A stretch of DNA of 64,000 bases. Origin: Streptosporangiaceae bacterium (GTDB taxonomy: Bacteria > Actinomycetota > Actinomycetes > Streptosporangiales > Streptosporangiaceae). Below, piece by piece: positions 1 to 9,345 of this stretch. The position numbers were made by a program, and so were the translations under genes. Position 1 is the stretch's first letter. The number at the start of each line of letters is the position of its first letter. The notes beneath the pieces were generated by a model. That model ran no database searches, was not told where the DNA came from, and was given only the letters and a program-made list of their open reading frames with translations. The stretch spans positions 39 to 64,038 of the forward strand of contig DASXKI010000386.1 in assembly GCA_036496945.1 (NCBI GenBank), written 5' to 3'.

Positions 1-74
1 CCTCGAGACCGGGACAGCCCTGCCAGCCACCTAAGCAGCGCTTCCCGCACGACCGCAGAAAGAAAGAAGACAAG

Positions 75-581
75 ATGGACACCACCACGCTTCGCCACGC
101 CTATCGCGCGCTGCTGGACGCCGCTGCCACCGTCGCCGACTCTGACAACCCGGGCCTTCTCCCGCTTGCCGGCGGATGGAACGCCGACCAGATCCTGGCG
201 CACGTCGCCATCATCAACGCCGCCACCATCGCCGCCGCCTCTGCCATCGCTTCGGGCGCGAACACGACCTACGACAACCGCATAGCCCTCGACACCTGGA
301 CCATCGACCGCCTCATCGCGCTCGCCGGCGGCACCGCAGGGCTCCGAGAGCGCATCCGCCTCCAAGCAGACGCCCTCTGCGCACTCGGCGGGCCGATGCT
401 GAGCGACGCCGAACTCAACACACCGGTGCCCACCCGGCTCCTGTCCAACGACACCCTCCTGGTCGATCAGCCCATGCCGCTGAGAGACCTCATCACCGGC
501 CTCGCAGAAGCGGAGCTTCCCGGACACACCAAACAGCTTCTGGCCCTCCTGCCGGACGGCCGGGCCGAAGCCGGAATCTGA
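75..581 (+). CDS. DinB-like / mycothiol-dependent maleylpyruvate isomerase N-terminal-domain family protein
   Basis: 168-aa ORF with high GC3. The N-terminal helical-bundle pattern (LRHAYRALLDAAATV ... WNADQILAHV) is typical of the DinB/MDMPI_N superfamily. No clear enzymatic C-terminal domain. Confidence 0.55.
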   Translation: MDTTTLRHAYRALLDAAATVADSDNPGLLPLAGGWNADQILAHVAIINAATIAAASAIASGANTTYDNRIALDTWTIDRLIALAGGTAGLRERIRLQADALCALGGPMLSDAELNTPVPTRLLSNDTLLVDQPMPLRDLITGLAEAELPGHTKQLLALLPDGRAEAGI

Positions 582-762
582 TCTTCCGGCACATTGCGGC
601 TGCCCGTAAGCACCAAAGTGCGGGCGGTAGCTCGTCGAGCCGTGCGCAGCCGGCCTATATCGACCGGCGGGTCCGGCGCCTCAAGCCGCGGTGACCTCGT
701 CACGCTCGACGTGAACACCGCGCCGGCTGTCGCCGGACGAAGAAACCTTAAGAGGAGAAGTC

Positions 763-1575
763 GTGAAGGAAGAATCAGCAAACGGCGCCGGGTCGGCGCC
801 GGAGGCCGCGGCCAGCGCCAGGAACGCACCGAGCCTGCCTAAGGCCGTCGACCGGGCCGCCTTCGAGGCCGAACTGGACAGGCTGCGGGTCCGGGAGAAG
901 GCGCACACGCGCGAAGGCGACGCGATCGCCGCGACCCGGCGACGCCTGCCCATGGTCGAGGTAGACGCCAGCCTCGCGCTGATCGGGCCGCGCGGGCCGG
1001 TCACCCTGCTGGAGGCGTTCGAAGGGCGCCGGCAGCTGATCGCCTACTACTTCATGTGGAACCCGGGCCGTCCTGCGGCCGAGCAGTGCGAAGGCTGCAC
1101 CTGGGTCACCGCCCAGGTCGGTGAGATGTCCTACCTGCATTCGCGCGACATCACCTACGCCGTCTTGTGCCAGGGGCGCTACGACGAGAGCGCCCGCTAC
1201 CGCGACTTCATGGGCTGGGACATGCCGTGGTATTCAGCTCTGCCCTCCGTCGACGCGCTGCTGACCGGCCGCCAGGTCGGCCTGTTTCACCTGGTGTGCT
1301 ACCTGCGCGACGGCGACCGCGTGTTCGAAACCTGCTGGACGACCCGGCGCGGCGCGGAGGCACTGGACTACAGCTACGCGCTCATGGACCTCACCGTCTA
1401 CGGACGCCAGGAGCCGTGGGAGGACTCACCCCCCGGCTGGCCCCAGCAGTGCACCTACACGCGGACTAGCAGCGGCTCGCCCACATGGCAACCAGAGTGG
1501 CCGGGCGGACGCCCCATCGCCCAGTGGCCGCGCCTCGAAGCCGGACGCTCTGACGACCTCACCGTCGGGCCCTGA
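763..1575 (+). CDS. DUF899 thioredoxin-like family protein
   Basis: The 270-aa ORF matches the DUF899 pattern: FEAELDRLRVREKAHTREGDAIAATRRRLPMV, LIAYYFMW, and a CEGC motif followed by HL..RD.TYA. GTG start with an AGGAG RBS 5 nt upstream. Confidence 0.85.
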   Translation: MKEESANGAGSAPEAAASARNAPSLPKAVDRAAFEAELDRLRVREKAHTREGDAIAATRRRLPMVEVDASLALIGPRGPVTLLEAFEGRRQLIAYYFMWNPGRPAAEQCEGCTWVTAQVGEMSYLHSRDITYAVLCQGRYDESARYRDFMGWDMPWYSALPSVDALLTGRQVGLFHLVCYLRDGDRVFETCWTTRRGAEALDYSYALMDLTVYGRQEPWEDSPPGWPQQCTYTRTSSGSPTWQPEWPGGRPIAQWPRLEAGRSDDLTVGP

Positions 1576-1758
1576 TCGTCGGTGGAGCGCGGTGCTTCCC
1601 GGCGCCGAGCGCGGCTACCCGTCCGAGGACTCGGCGGCCCTACGCGCCGCTAGGGGCATTGCTCGCCCTCGGCGACGCGAGTCCAGATCCATACCCACGT
1701 TCTGGCAGCTGCCCTGATCATCAGACGTTGAATTCAGCCAATCGAAGGAGTGCCCCGA

Positions 1759-2603
1759 ATGAGTACGACTCTTGTTCTGGCCGGCGGCGGTCCCGCCGCC
1801 CTCGCGTGGGAGCTCGGAGTGCTGCGCGGACTGGCCGATGCGGACGCCGAGCTGGCCCAGAAGGTCATCGGCGCCGGCACTGTGATCGGCACCTCCGGCG
1901 GCTCCAGCGTGGCCGCCCAGATCACCAGCGGCACACCGCTGGATGAACTGTATGACGGGCAGCTTTCCGCCGACACCGCCGAAATCGAGGTCCAGCTCGA
2001 CCTGACCGAGTTCATGAGCCGTTTCGGCGCCGCGGTCGCCGGCGCGGTCGATGAGCTGGACCGGCGCCGACGCGTGGGAGCCTTCGCGCTGGCCGCGTCC
2101 ACATTGCCCGAGACCAAACGGCGCGCAGTGATCGCCGCGCGGCTGCCAGCCGCCGACTGGCCCGAGCGAGCCCTGCGAATCCCCGCCGTCGACGCAGCCA
2201 CCGGTGAGGTTGTCATCTTCACGCGCGACAGCGGCGTCACGCTGCTCGACGCGGTCGCCGCCAGTTGCGCGCCGGTATCTGGCCCCCGGCCACTATCGGA
2301 GACCACCGCTACCTCGACGGCGGTGTCCGCTCCAGCACCAACGCCGACCTGGCCGCCGGAGCCGATCAGATCCTGCTCATCACCCCCACCCTGCCGGACA
2401 CACCCGCTCCGAGCCTTGGAGGCGATCTGCGAACCGAACTCGGCACACTCAGCAACTCACACGCCGAGGTAATCTACGCCGACCAGGACTCTATGGCCTT
2501 GCTCGGCAACCCGCTCGCCATCCATACCCGCGCCCCGGCCGCCCGGGCCGGCCGCACCGTCGGCCGGACCGCCGCCACCACGGTGGCCCAGCTCCTCAAC
2601 TGA
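1759..2603 (+). pseudogene. patatin-like phospholipase, single frameshift
   Basis: The N-terminal part (frame of ORF 1750..2472) has the oxyanion GGG motif (LVLAGGGPAA) and the GxSxG nucleophile (GTSGG). The catalytic Asp motif (HRYLDGGV) and the rest of the domain lie in the frame of ORF 2265..2603. The frames switch around 2270-2275 (gcgccggtatc), consistent with one missing C in ASCA-P-GIWPP. ATG 1759 is preceded by GAAGGAG. Confidence 0.75.
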
Positions 2604-3321
2604 CCAGCCGGACTTGGCGGCCGCCGTAGTCGATCATGAGGCCCACCGCCCGGAATTCACCGGCGTAGGCTGCTCGAGCGGCGGACGAACCAATTCAGCA
2701 GAGCGACGTCCGCTGGCAGCCCAGGAACCAATCAACATCAACTTCCAGCGAAGCCGCGCCAAAGCCGTCACGCCATGTCACAACCCGCCCGAGACTCGAG
2801 CGCGACCGACAACTGAAGAAACGCTCCAGATCGCCGAATCGGGCGCGGCCAGGCATGAGGCCAACGGGACGGGTGGCCGTACACAGATCATCCAGCTCTG
2901 CAGGAACGCCCTGCGAACAAGATCCTTATAGCCCGAGCTCGCGGCCGCCGCCCCGGCACCGTCACCCGGACTTGCCACGCGGCCGACGCACGGGGAGCCG
3001 ACCGGTCCGAACCGAGGTGGTGACCGTCAGTTAAGCCCGCTTCGGTCAGGAGCACCGACGTCGGTCAGCTGCCGTCAATGGCCCGAATGAGCTTGCCGGT
3101 GTGGCGGCCAGCCCGTGACGCAAGGGGCCGACTCGGGTTTGGTCACCCTGCAGCAGGTGCGGCGCCGTGCCTCGGCTGATATCGCAGTGCTGACCATTTT
3201 TCTGATCCGGCTGACAACCTGTGAAGGGTTGCGCGGGGTCATAGGGGTGGGTCGCCGGCACGCCGAGCGATGCCGAACACTTGGTGGCATCAGCCACGTG
3301 CACATAAGGAGCCGGCCAGCG

Positions 3322-3840
3322 TTGGCTAGCGATGAGGAGTTCGAGCAATTCGTCGCAGGTGCGCTGCCGCGTCTGCTCCGCTTCGCTCATGTGCTGACCG
3401 GTAACTCTTCTGCTGCCGAGGATCTGGTCCAGACTGCCCTGGGGCGGTCCTGGCGTGCCTGGCGATTGGGCCGGATTGATGATCCGCAAGCTTTCGTCCG
3501 CAAGGTGATGGTCAACAGTTACGCGTCGTGGCATCGCCGCTACGGGGGGAGAGAGACCGCTGTCGCGAACCCGCCTGAGAGGGTGCTCGCCGAGGACGAG
3601 GCAGGGCGCATCGATGATCGCGACGCCATCTTCCGCGCCCTGCTGGCTCTTCCGGCGCGCCAGCGCACGGTGATCGTCCTGCGCTATTACGAGGAGCTAT
3701 CCGAGCAGGAGATCGCCGCCGTCATGGGCATCTCGCCCGGGACGGTGAAGAGCCAGGCAGCCCGGGCGCTGCGGCGCCTTGCGGCCACCTTCACCGCAAT
3801 TGACCCCGGCCATGCAGGCAGCCAACGGAGCCCGAGATGA
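3322..3840 (+). CDS. ECF-type RNA polymerase sigma-70 factor (SigE-like)
   Basis: Region 2 (EDLVQTALGRSWRAW ... FVRKVMVN) and region 4 (LPARQRTVIVLRYYEELSEQEIAAVMGISPGTVKSQAARALRRL) are recognisable. The tracked ORF starts at 3115, but only the last 170-180 aa are sigma-like. TTG 3322 follows AAGGAG at 3306-3311, and GTG 3298 is an alternative start. Confidence 0.85.
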   Translation: MASDEEFEQFVAGALPRLLRFAHVLTGNSSAAEDLVQTALGRSWRAWRLGRIDDPQAFVRKVMVNSYASWHRRYGGRETAVANPPERVLAEDEAGRIDDRDAIFRALLALPARQRTVIVLRYYEELSEQEIAAVMGISPGTVKSQAARALRRLAATFTAIDPGHAGSQRSPR

Positions 3841-4961
3841 CTGAGCTGGAAGACAGGATCCGTGATGCATTGCAAGATCCACGGTGGGAGCTGCCCGTTT
3901 GGCCGGACCCGATGCGGCGTGTTCGCCGCGCCGCAGCCCGCCAGCGTGCCAGTCTGACCGCCGCGACAGTCGTTCTGTTGGCGGCCGTTGTAACGCCGCT
4001 CGCGTTGCTGCCTGGCCTGGTCGCTCATCGATCCGGAGTTAAGCCGTCGGCGGTCGCCGCATCGCGTACTCCGTCCGTGCGCTCATCCGCCCCGTCGGTG
4101 CCGTCGTGGGCGAAGCGACTCGACGGCGAGGTCGCCTACACGTGCGGAGACTCCATCTGCCTGATGCGCCCGGACGGGACCGGGCAGCTAACTCTCGGCC
4201 TCGGCGCGCCGTCGGCGCCGTTCCCGCAGGGGGATCCGGCGTGGTCCCCGGACGGCCGCCAGCTGGCGTTCCGCGGTTACTACGGATCCGCCGACGGCGA
4301 CTACGACCTGTATGTGATCGACGCGACCGGATGTCATCTCACCAGGCTCACTCGCCAGATCAACGGCGTCAGCCCGTCGTGGTCGCCCACCGGAGGCCAG
4401 ATCGCCTTCGCGGTTGGCGGCATCGATGTCATCAAAGCCGACGGCACAGGGCTTCGCCATCTGACGACCGACACCTCCACGTACGGGGACGACCTACCGG
4501 CCTGGTCGGCGGGCAACCGGATCGCTTTCGTCCGCACCCGGTCCGGAGCGGCCACCGGAGAGATCTACACCGTGAAGGCCGACGGGTCGGGTGTGGCGGC
4601 GCTCACTCACGGCGCTCCCGGATTCGTCGAGCCATCGTGGGCTCCAGACGGGAAGTCGATCGCATTCGTGGCCGACACGGTTCGGCTCCAGAGCGCCGGC
4701 GTGATCGAGGTCGCCAACGGTGATGGGACGGGTGTTCATCGGGTGAGCCCGCGCTCCTGGACCAGCTACAGCCCCACGTGGACCCCCAGCGGCAAGATCA
4801 TATTCCTCCGTCAGATAGGAGCACCAACACAATCTACGGCCGCGCCGGCAAGCGCCTACATCGTGAATCAAGACGGCTCCGGCTTGCGCCTGCTGTACCC
4901 GAACCTGGACGCAAGTCAGATCGCATGGGGACCCACGACTCTGCCCAACGCTGCTTGCTAG
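3837..4961 (+). CDS. membrane-anchored protein with TolB-like (PD40/WD40-like) beta-propeller repeats; candidate sigma-associated partner
   Basis: ATGA start/stop overlap with the sigma gene. There is one TM helix (LTAATVVLLAAVVTPLALLPGLV). Repeated SPDG/SWSP motifs follow (AWSPDGRQLAF, SWSPTGGQIAF, SWAPDGKSIAF, TWTPSGKIIF). No zinc anti-sigma HxxxCxxC motif. Confidence 0.75.
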   Translation: MTELEDRIRDALQDPRWELPVWPDPMRRVRRAAARQRASLTAATVVLLAAVVTPLALLPGLVAHRSGVKPSAVAASRTPSVRSSAPSVPSWAKRLDGEVAYTCGDSICLMRPDGTGQLTLGLGAPSAPFPQGDPAWSPDGRQLAFRGYYGSADGDYDLYVIDATGCHLTRLTRQINGVSPSWSPTGGQIAFAVGGIDVIKADGTGLRHLTTDTSTYGDDLPAWSAGNRIAFVRTRSGAATGEIYTVKADGSGVAALTHGAPGFVEPSWAPDGKSIAFVADTVRLQSAGVIEVANGDGTGVHRVSPRSWTSYSPTWTPSGKIIFLRQIGAPTQSTAAPASAYIVNQDGSGLRLLYPNLDASQIAWGPTTLPNAAC

Positions 4962-5479
4962 TGCGGCTATCCACCCAGGAGGTCCAGCCGCGGCGCGATG
5001 TCTCACCGGGCTGACGAGGATCGCCGACGTCTATCGAGACACGCACACAAAAGGCCCCTGGTACCCCTTACGCATCGACAGAACGACCCGTTCTGTGCCA
5101 TCCGACCGACCATCCCCGAAACACTACTGACCGCGCCGAACGGCGGATCTCGCGCAGCGGGCGCGGACCAGCGCAAGTCACTGAGCGTGATCTGATCTCC
5201 GACCCAGCGCGCGGCTTGCCGAATATTTGCCTGTTACGCGAGCGGTTCAGGCTGACTCCTGGGCGGATGTCTGGCTGCTTGACGAGTCGCAGGAGGGACG
5301 GCAGTTCTCGCCGCGGCTGCGCGACAGCATGGCTGCCAGCGCCGCCGTGCACTACTCGCCACGCGGACCGGCGCCCCGCGCGACGTCCCGGCCCTCGACC
5401 AGCGCCGGGCCGCTGGCTTTCGGGCCAGTCGGCGGCGCACACGGGGGAAGCTGTCGCGTGAGACAAGCGCCGGGCGCTG

Positions 5480-6343
5480 TCATGCCACCGGCGTAGGCAC
5501 AAATTTGGCGATGGCGTCGGCCACGGCGGCCGGGTTGTCGACCGGGACCCACGTCTTGGCCCCGGCCACGGGAACCAGTGTGGCGTGGGGGAAGTCGGAC
5601 GCGAGTCGCTGCGCGCCGGTCATCGGGAAGAAGTCACATGCATCGCCCCAGATCACCAGAACCGGCCGCTCGAACCGCGGGATCGCCTCGGCGGCATCGA
5701 TGAGCAGTTGCGGGCGTTCACCGGCCAGGGCCGCGACGAGATCGCCAGCCACCAGATGGTCACGGAGGATCGGCGCGGAGAACGACTCCATGCGCTCGTC
5801 GTCCAGTCCGCTCGCCGAGACGGCGGAGATGCCTCGGCGCCGGGCGGCCGACGATCGCCTCTGGAGCTGCGTCTGCAGCCGGATTGCGGCGCGAGCAAGC
5901 CCGGGGAGCGCGCGGGCCACGGCGACCGCGTTCTTGAGCTTGTCCGGGGGGAACTGTTCGTAGTTCTCGCAGTTCGTCAGCACGAGACGGCCCACGCGCC
6001 CGAGCGCGGGGTGATCAGTGGCCAGCGACAGCAGGAGCAGCCCGCCGGCGGTGTCGTTGGCGACCACGGTGGCGTCCTCCACGTCGAGCAGTTCGAGGCA
6101 GTCGAGCAGCATCCGGGCCAGCGACGTGGCCGACCGGTCCGCTCCAGGTGAGAGCGGCCAGGGATGCGCTCCGAGCGGGAGGTCGACAGTGATGCACTGG
6201 TAGCGGTTCTCGAGCGCGGCGATCACGTCGCGCCACAGGTCGCCGTTCGCGAGCGCGCCGGCGAAGAAGACGAGCACCGGCCCGCTGCCGAACGACCGCC
6301 AGGCTAGGGGGCCGAGCCGGGTTTCAAGCGTTCCAGGTTCCAT
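5480..6343 (-). CDS. alpha/beta-fold hydrolase (Asp-nucleophile, haloalkane-dehalogenase/epoxide-hydrolase-like)
   Basis: 287 aa. N-terminal GPVLVFFAG, nucleophile-elbow region VVANDTAGG, and a C-terminal HATLVPV...H-like segment. High GC3. Confidence 0.8.
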   Translation of the reverse strand: MEPGTLETRLGPLAWRSFGSGPVLVFFAGALANGDLWRDVIAALENRYQCITVDLPLGAHPWPLSPGADRSATSLARMLLDCLELLDVEDATVVANDTAGGLLLLSLATDHPALGRVGRLVLTNCENYEQFPPDKLKNAVAVARALPGLARAAIRLQTQLQRRSSAARRRGISAVSASGLDDERMESFSAPILRDHLVAGDLVAALAGERPQLLIDAAEAIPRFERPVLVIWGDACDFFPMTGAQRLASDFPHATLVPVAGAKTWVPVDNPAAVADAIAKFVPTPVA

Positions 6344-6398
6344 CGTTCGCGCTTCCTTTCGGTGATCGAGAAGTCATCAGGTCGTCGCTGCGCGGCCG

Positions 6399-7004
6399 CT
6401 AGCAAGGGCTCACCCCAGGAGACCGGCGGCGGTGCGCATGCGACGCGGTTTCATGACGTTGATCCACAAGGAGGCAGGCCGTCCCAGGTAGTAGGCGGGC
6501 GCGCTCGAGGTCCGCGATCTCGCGCTCGCGGTTCGCGCCGAGTTTCATATTCTGGATCTTGTCGTGCAGCTTGAGGATCGCGTCCATCAGCATTTCCGGC
6601 CGCGGCGGGCAGCCGGGCAGGTAGATGTCGACCGGCACGATGTGGTCGACGCCCTGCACGATCGCGTAGTTGTTGAACATGCCGCCGCTGGAGGCGCAGA
6701 CGCCCATCGAGATGACCCACTTCGGCTCGGACATCTGGTCGTAGACCTGCCGGAGCACCGGCGCCATCTTCTGGCTGACCCGGCCGGACACGATCATCAG
6801 GTCCGCCTGCCGCGGGGTGGCCGCCATTTTCTCCATGCCGAACCTGGCCAGGTCGTGGCGCGAGCCACCAGTAGCCATCAGCTCCATGGCGCAGCAGGCA
6901 AGCCCGAACGTGGCAGCCCAGACCGAGTGCGCCCGGATGTATCCGGCCACCTTCTCCACGGTCGTGAGCAGTAAACCGCCGGGCACGTGCTCCTCGATCC
7001 CCAT
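6399..7004 (-). CDS. nuoB: NADH-quinone oxidoreductase subunit B (NuoB/Nqo6) family protein, stand-alone copy
   Basis: Near-canonical NuoB core: [82 protein letters not shown]. All four N2-cluster cysteines are present. ATG 7004 is preceded by GGAGG 5 nt upstream. The tracked start at 7118 would overlap the tetR start. Confidence 0.85.
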   Translation of the reverse strand: MGIEEHVPGGLLLTTVEKVAGYIRAHSVWAATFGLACCAMELMATGGSRHDLARFGMEKMAATPRQADLMIVSGRVSQKMAPVLRQVYDQMSEPKWVISMGVCASSGGMFNNYAIVQGVDHIVPVDIYLPGCPPRPEMLMDAILKLHDKIQNMKLGANREREIADLERARLLPGTACLLVDQRHETASHAHRRRSPGVSPC

Positions 7005-7020
7005 GGCTGCCTCCGTCAAA

Positions 7021-7036
7021 TCGGCCGCGCGGCCGA
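7021..7036. promoter_or_regulatory. perfect 16-bp palindrome TCGGCCGCGCGGCCGA in the nuoB-like/tetR divergent intergenic region (candidate TetR operator)
   Basis: The palindrome was read directly from the sequence. It lies in the 67-bp gap between ATG 7004 (-) and ATG 7072 (+). TATAGT at 7055-7060 sits 11 nt before the tetR ATG. Confidence 0.35.
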
Positions 7037-7071
7037 ATTTTCGGCCACCCGGCCTATAGTAACGTGCTGGG

Positions 7072-7704
7072 ATGCAGCCCAAGCCGGGGCGGCCCACCCG
7101 CACGTTCACCGAGGTCACGCGGCGAGCTCAGATCGTCCAGTGCGCGGCAGACGTGATAGCCGAAACCGGGTACGCCAGAGCCAGCATGGCTGAAATCGCC
7201 AGGCGCGCGGGGATCGCCAAGAGCGTCATCTCCTACCACTTTGCGGACAAGAACGAGCTCATGCAGGAACTCATCAGTACGGCAGTTCGCGCGTTCACGG
7301 AGTTCCTGGAACCTCTGCTGGCCGCCGAGACCAGCGCCGACGGCAAGATCCGCACTTACCTGACCGGATCTGCCGAGTACATGATCAGGTACAGAAATCT
7401 GCACCTAGCAGTGCTGGAGATCGCCTTCAAGGCGCTTGGCCCCGACGGCCAGCCACTAGTGGCCTCCATGCCGTTCGAGGCGCATACGCCGACCCTCGAG
7501 CAGATCTTGCGGCAAGGACAGAAGTCCGGCGAGCTACGGCGATTCGACGTAGCAATTATGGCCGGGCTGCTGCGGTCGGCTGTCACACACACCATGGTCC
7601 TGGCGCTACGCGCCGACAGCGACCTCGACCTTGCCGCCTACGCACGTGAGCTCGCAACCACCTTCGATCTCGCCACCAGCGCCCGCCCCACCAGCAGCCA
7701 GTAG
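7072..7704 (+). CDS. TetR/AcrR family transcriptional regulator
   Basis: N-terminal TetR HTH: [48 protein letters not shown]. 210 aa. Confidence 0.9.
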   Translation: MQPKPGRPTRTFTEVTRRAQIVQCAADVIAETGYARASMAEIARRAGIAKSVISYHFADKNELMQELISTAVRAFTEFLEPLLAAETSADGKIRTYLTGSAEYMIRYRNLHLAVLEIAFKALGPDGQPLVASMPFEAHTPTLEQILRQGQKSGELRRFDVAIMAGLLRSAVTHTMVLALRADSDLDLAAYARELATTFDLATSARPTSSQ

Positions 7705-8065
7705 CCGGCAGCATCAACGTCGCCGCGGATCCTGGCACAACGGGCAAGCGGCGAGGGTGAACTGCGCATCGGCCGTCATGGGAAGCCCCCACAAAAAAAG
7801 CTGACAGGAGCACGCCGAACCATCGACGACAGATTCGCCCAGGCCGATCGGAGAACGGCAGAACACACCGACGCGCCGAACGACCGTTCGCGTGCACCTC
7901 AAGAGACCAGCCAGTGGACTAGTGCGACCGCGCAGAACGGCGGTTCGTGATCGTAGTTGGAGTGCGACGCTGTTCGATGGTCGGACTGTCCTAGGTCGGC
8001 GGGCTCCGCCTGGCTGGTGCTGGCATGCCAGGCGGAGTTAGCCGGACCGGCAGGCCGGCCAGTTG

Positions 8066-8976
8066 TTACCGGGCCGCCCCGGCGACGTAGGCAGCCACGA
8101 TGTAGGTGGCGTGCCGGTCCAGACTGGCACGCGCGCGGTCGTATCTCATGGTGGTCCGGGGATCGGCGTGGGATGCGGCTTCCTGCACGTCACGCAGCGG
8201 TACCCCGGCGTCCAGAGCAGCGGTGATGAAGGCATGCCGCAGTGTGTGCGTGCCCCACGGTCTTGCCGATCCCGGCACGGCGGGCGATCCTGCGGACGAT
8301 CCGCGCGGCGCCGTGCCGGTCCAGGCGGCGGCCATCGGCGGCCAGGAAGATCGCTCCTTCGCAGCGCTCGCCGATGGCCAGGTCGATCGCGCGGGCCGTC
8401 CGCGGTGCGAGCGGGATTGTGACGACCTTGCCGGCCTTGCGGGTGATGACCAGGGTCCGGTGGCCGCGCTCGACGCCCAGCGCCTTGATGCTGGCGCCGG
8501 TGGCCTCGGACACCCGCAGGCCGTTGAGCGCCAGCAGCGACATCAGCGCGTGCTCGCCAGGCAGCCCTAGCCCGGCGGCAACCAGGAGCGCGCCGAGCTC
8601 GTTCCAGCCCGGTGGCGTGCGACTCATAGTCCAGCCGCGGCCGGCGGACATGCGCGGCCGGGGAGTGGTCCAGCAGTTCTTCCTCGACGGCGTACTTGTA
8701 GAACCCCGCGATGGTGCACAGCCGGCGCGTGACAGTTGCGCGGGCACGGCCGCGGGCTTCCAGGTCGCGGGCGAAACCCTCGGTGTCGGATCGGCGGGCG
8801 TCGAACAAGCGCAGCTGATGCAGGTGGCACCAGCTTGCGAACTGGCGCAGGTCCAGTTGATAGGCCTCGCGGGTTGAGCCGGTGTAGCCCGCCAGGTATC
8901 CGGCTAATGCCAGCCGCTCGGCGTTGGTGAACAACGGTGCGGTTGGGACGAGCGCGTTGGACTGGGTTGTGGTCAT
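8066..8976 (-). pseudogene. tyrosine recombinase/integrase (XerC/D-like), two frameshifts
   Basis: The SAM-like N-domain is in frame A (ORF 8146..9045, from MTTTQSNALVP at 8976 with a GGAGG RBS). The middle of the catalytic domain is in frame B (ORF 8190..8747: NELGALLVAAGLG...LRVSEATG...VITRKAGKVVTIPL). The HxLRH...Y end is in frame C (ORF 8066..8335: THTLRHAFITAALDAGVPLRDVQEAASHADPRTTMRYD). The switches are near 8600-8615 and 8245-8262. Confidence 0.8.
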
Positions 8977-9345
8977 CGGACACCTCCGGGGAGTCGTGCT
9001 GAGCCCCGAGCTGGGCCGCCGAGGCCCCAGCAAATGACCAGTCACCTCACGGTAAGACGGCCGGGCCGATCACACCAGGTTTTGATCAGCGGCCAGGTAG
9101 ACCAAGACTGCCAACCCCGACGTCCGCTCCCGAGCGATGCTCCTATGCCCTGTCAAGGGTCTGGTCGGGCATTTCCGACTGGCTTGTTCCTAGTGACTTG
9201 AAATGAATGGTGCGCTGGGCGGATTGCTGGTTTGCGGACAAGACAGGGAAGGGCCGCTCCGGGGAGGGCAAGCTCTTATGAGGTCACGCCCAGCAGGTCA
9301 TGTAGGCCGGGGACGGCCGACGAATCGTTAGCAGGCCAGCTCTAT

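Noticed and set aside
2604-3300. A possible decayed gene in the roughly 700-bp lower-GC gap after the patatin gene (minus-strand fragments such as ELDDLCTATRPVGLMPGRARFGDLE).
   Set aside because: The fragments are short and interrupted by stops in all frames. No motif was recognised.
3115-3321. N-terminal extensions of tracked ORFs, for example sigma 3115, nuoB 7118, esterase 18498, permease 53787, uvrA-like 29320 and dnaE2 58873.
   Set aside because: The extensions are compositionally non-coding. They overlap neighbouring genes or promoters, and internal starts with good RBS spacing reproduce the family-typical N-termini.
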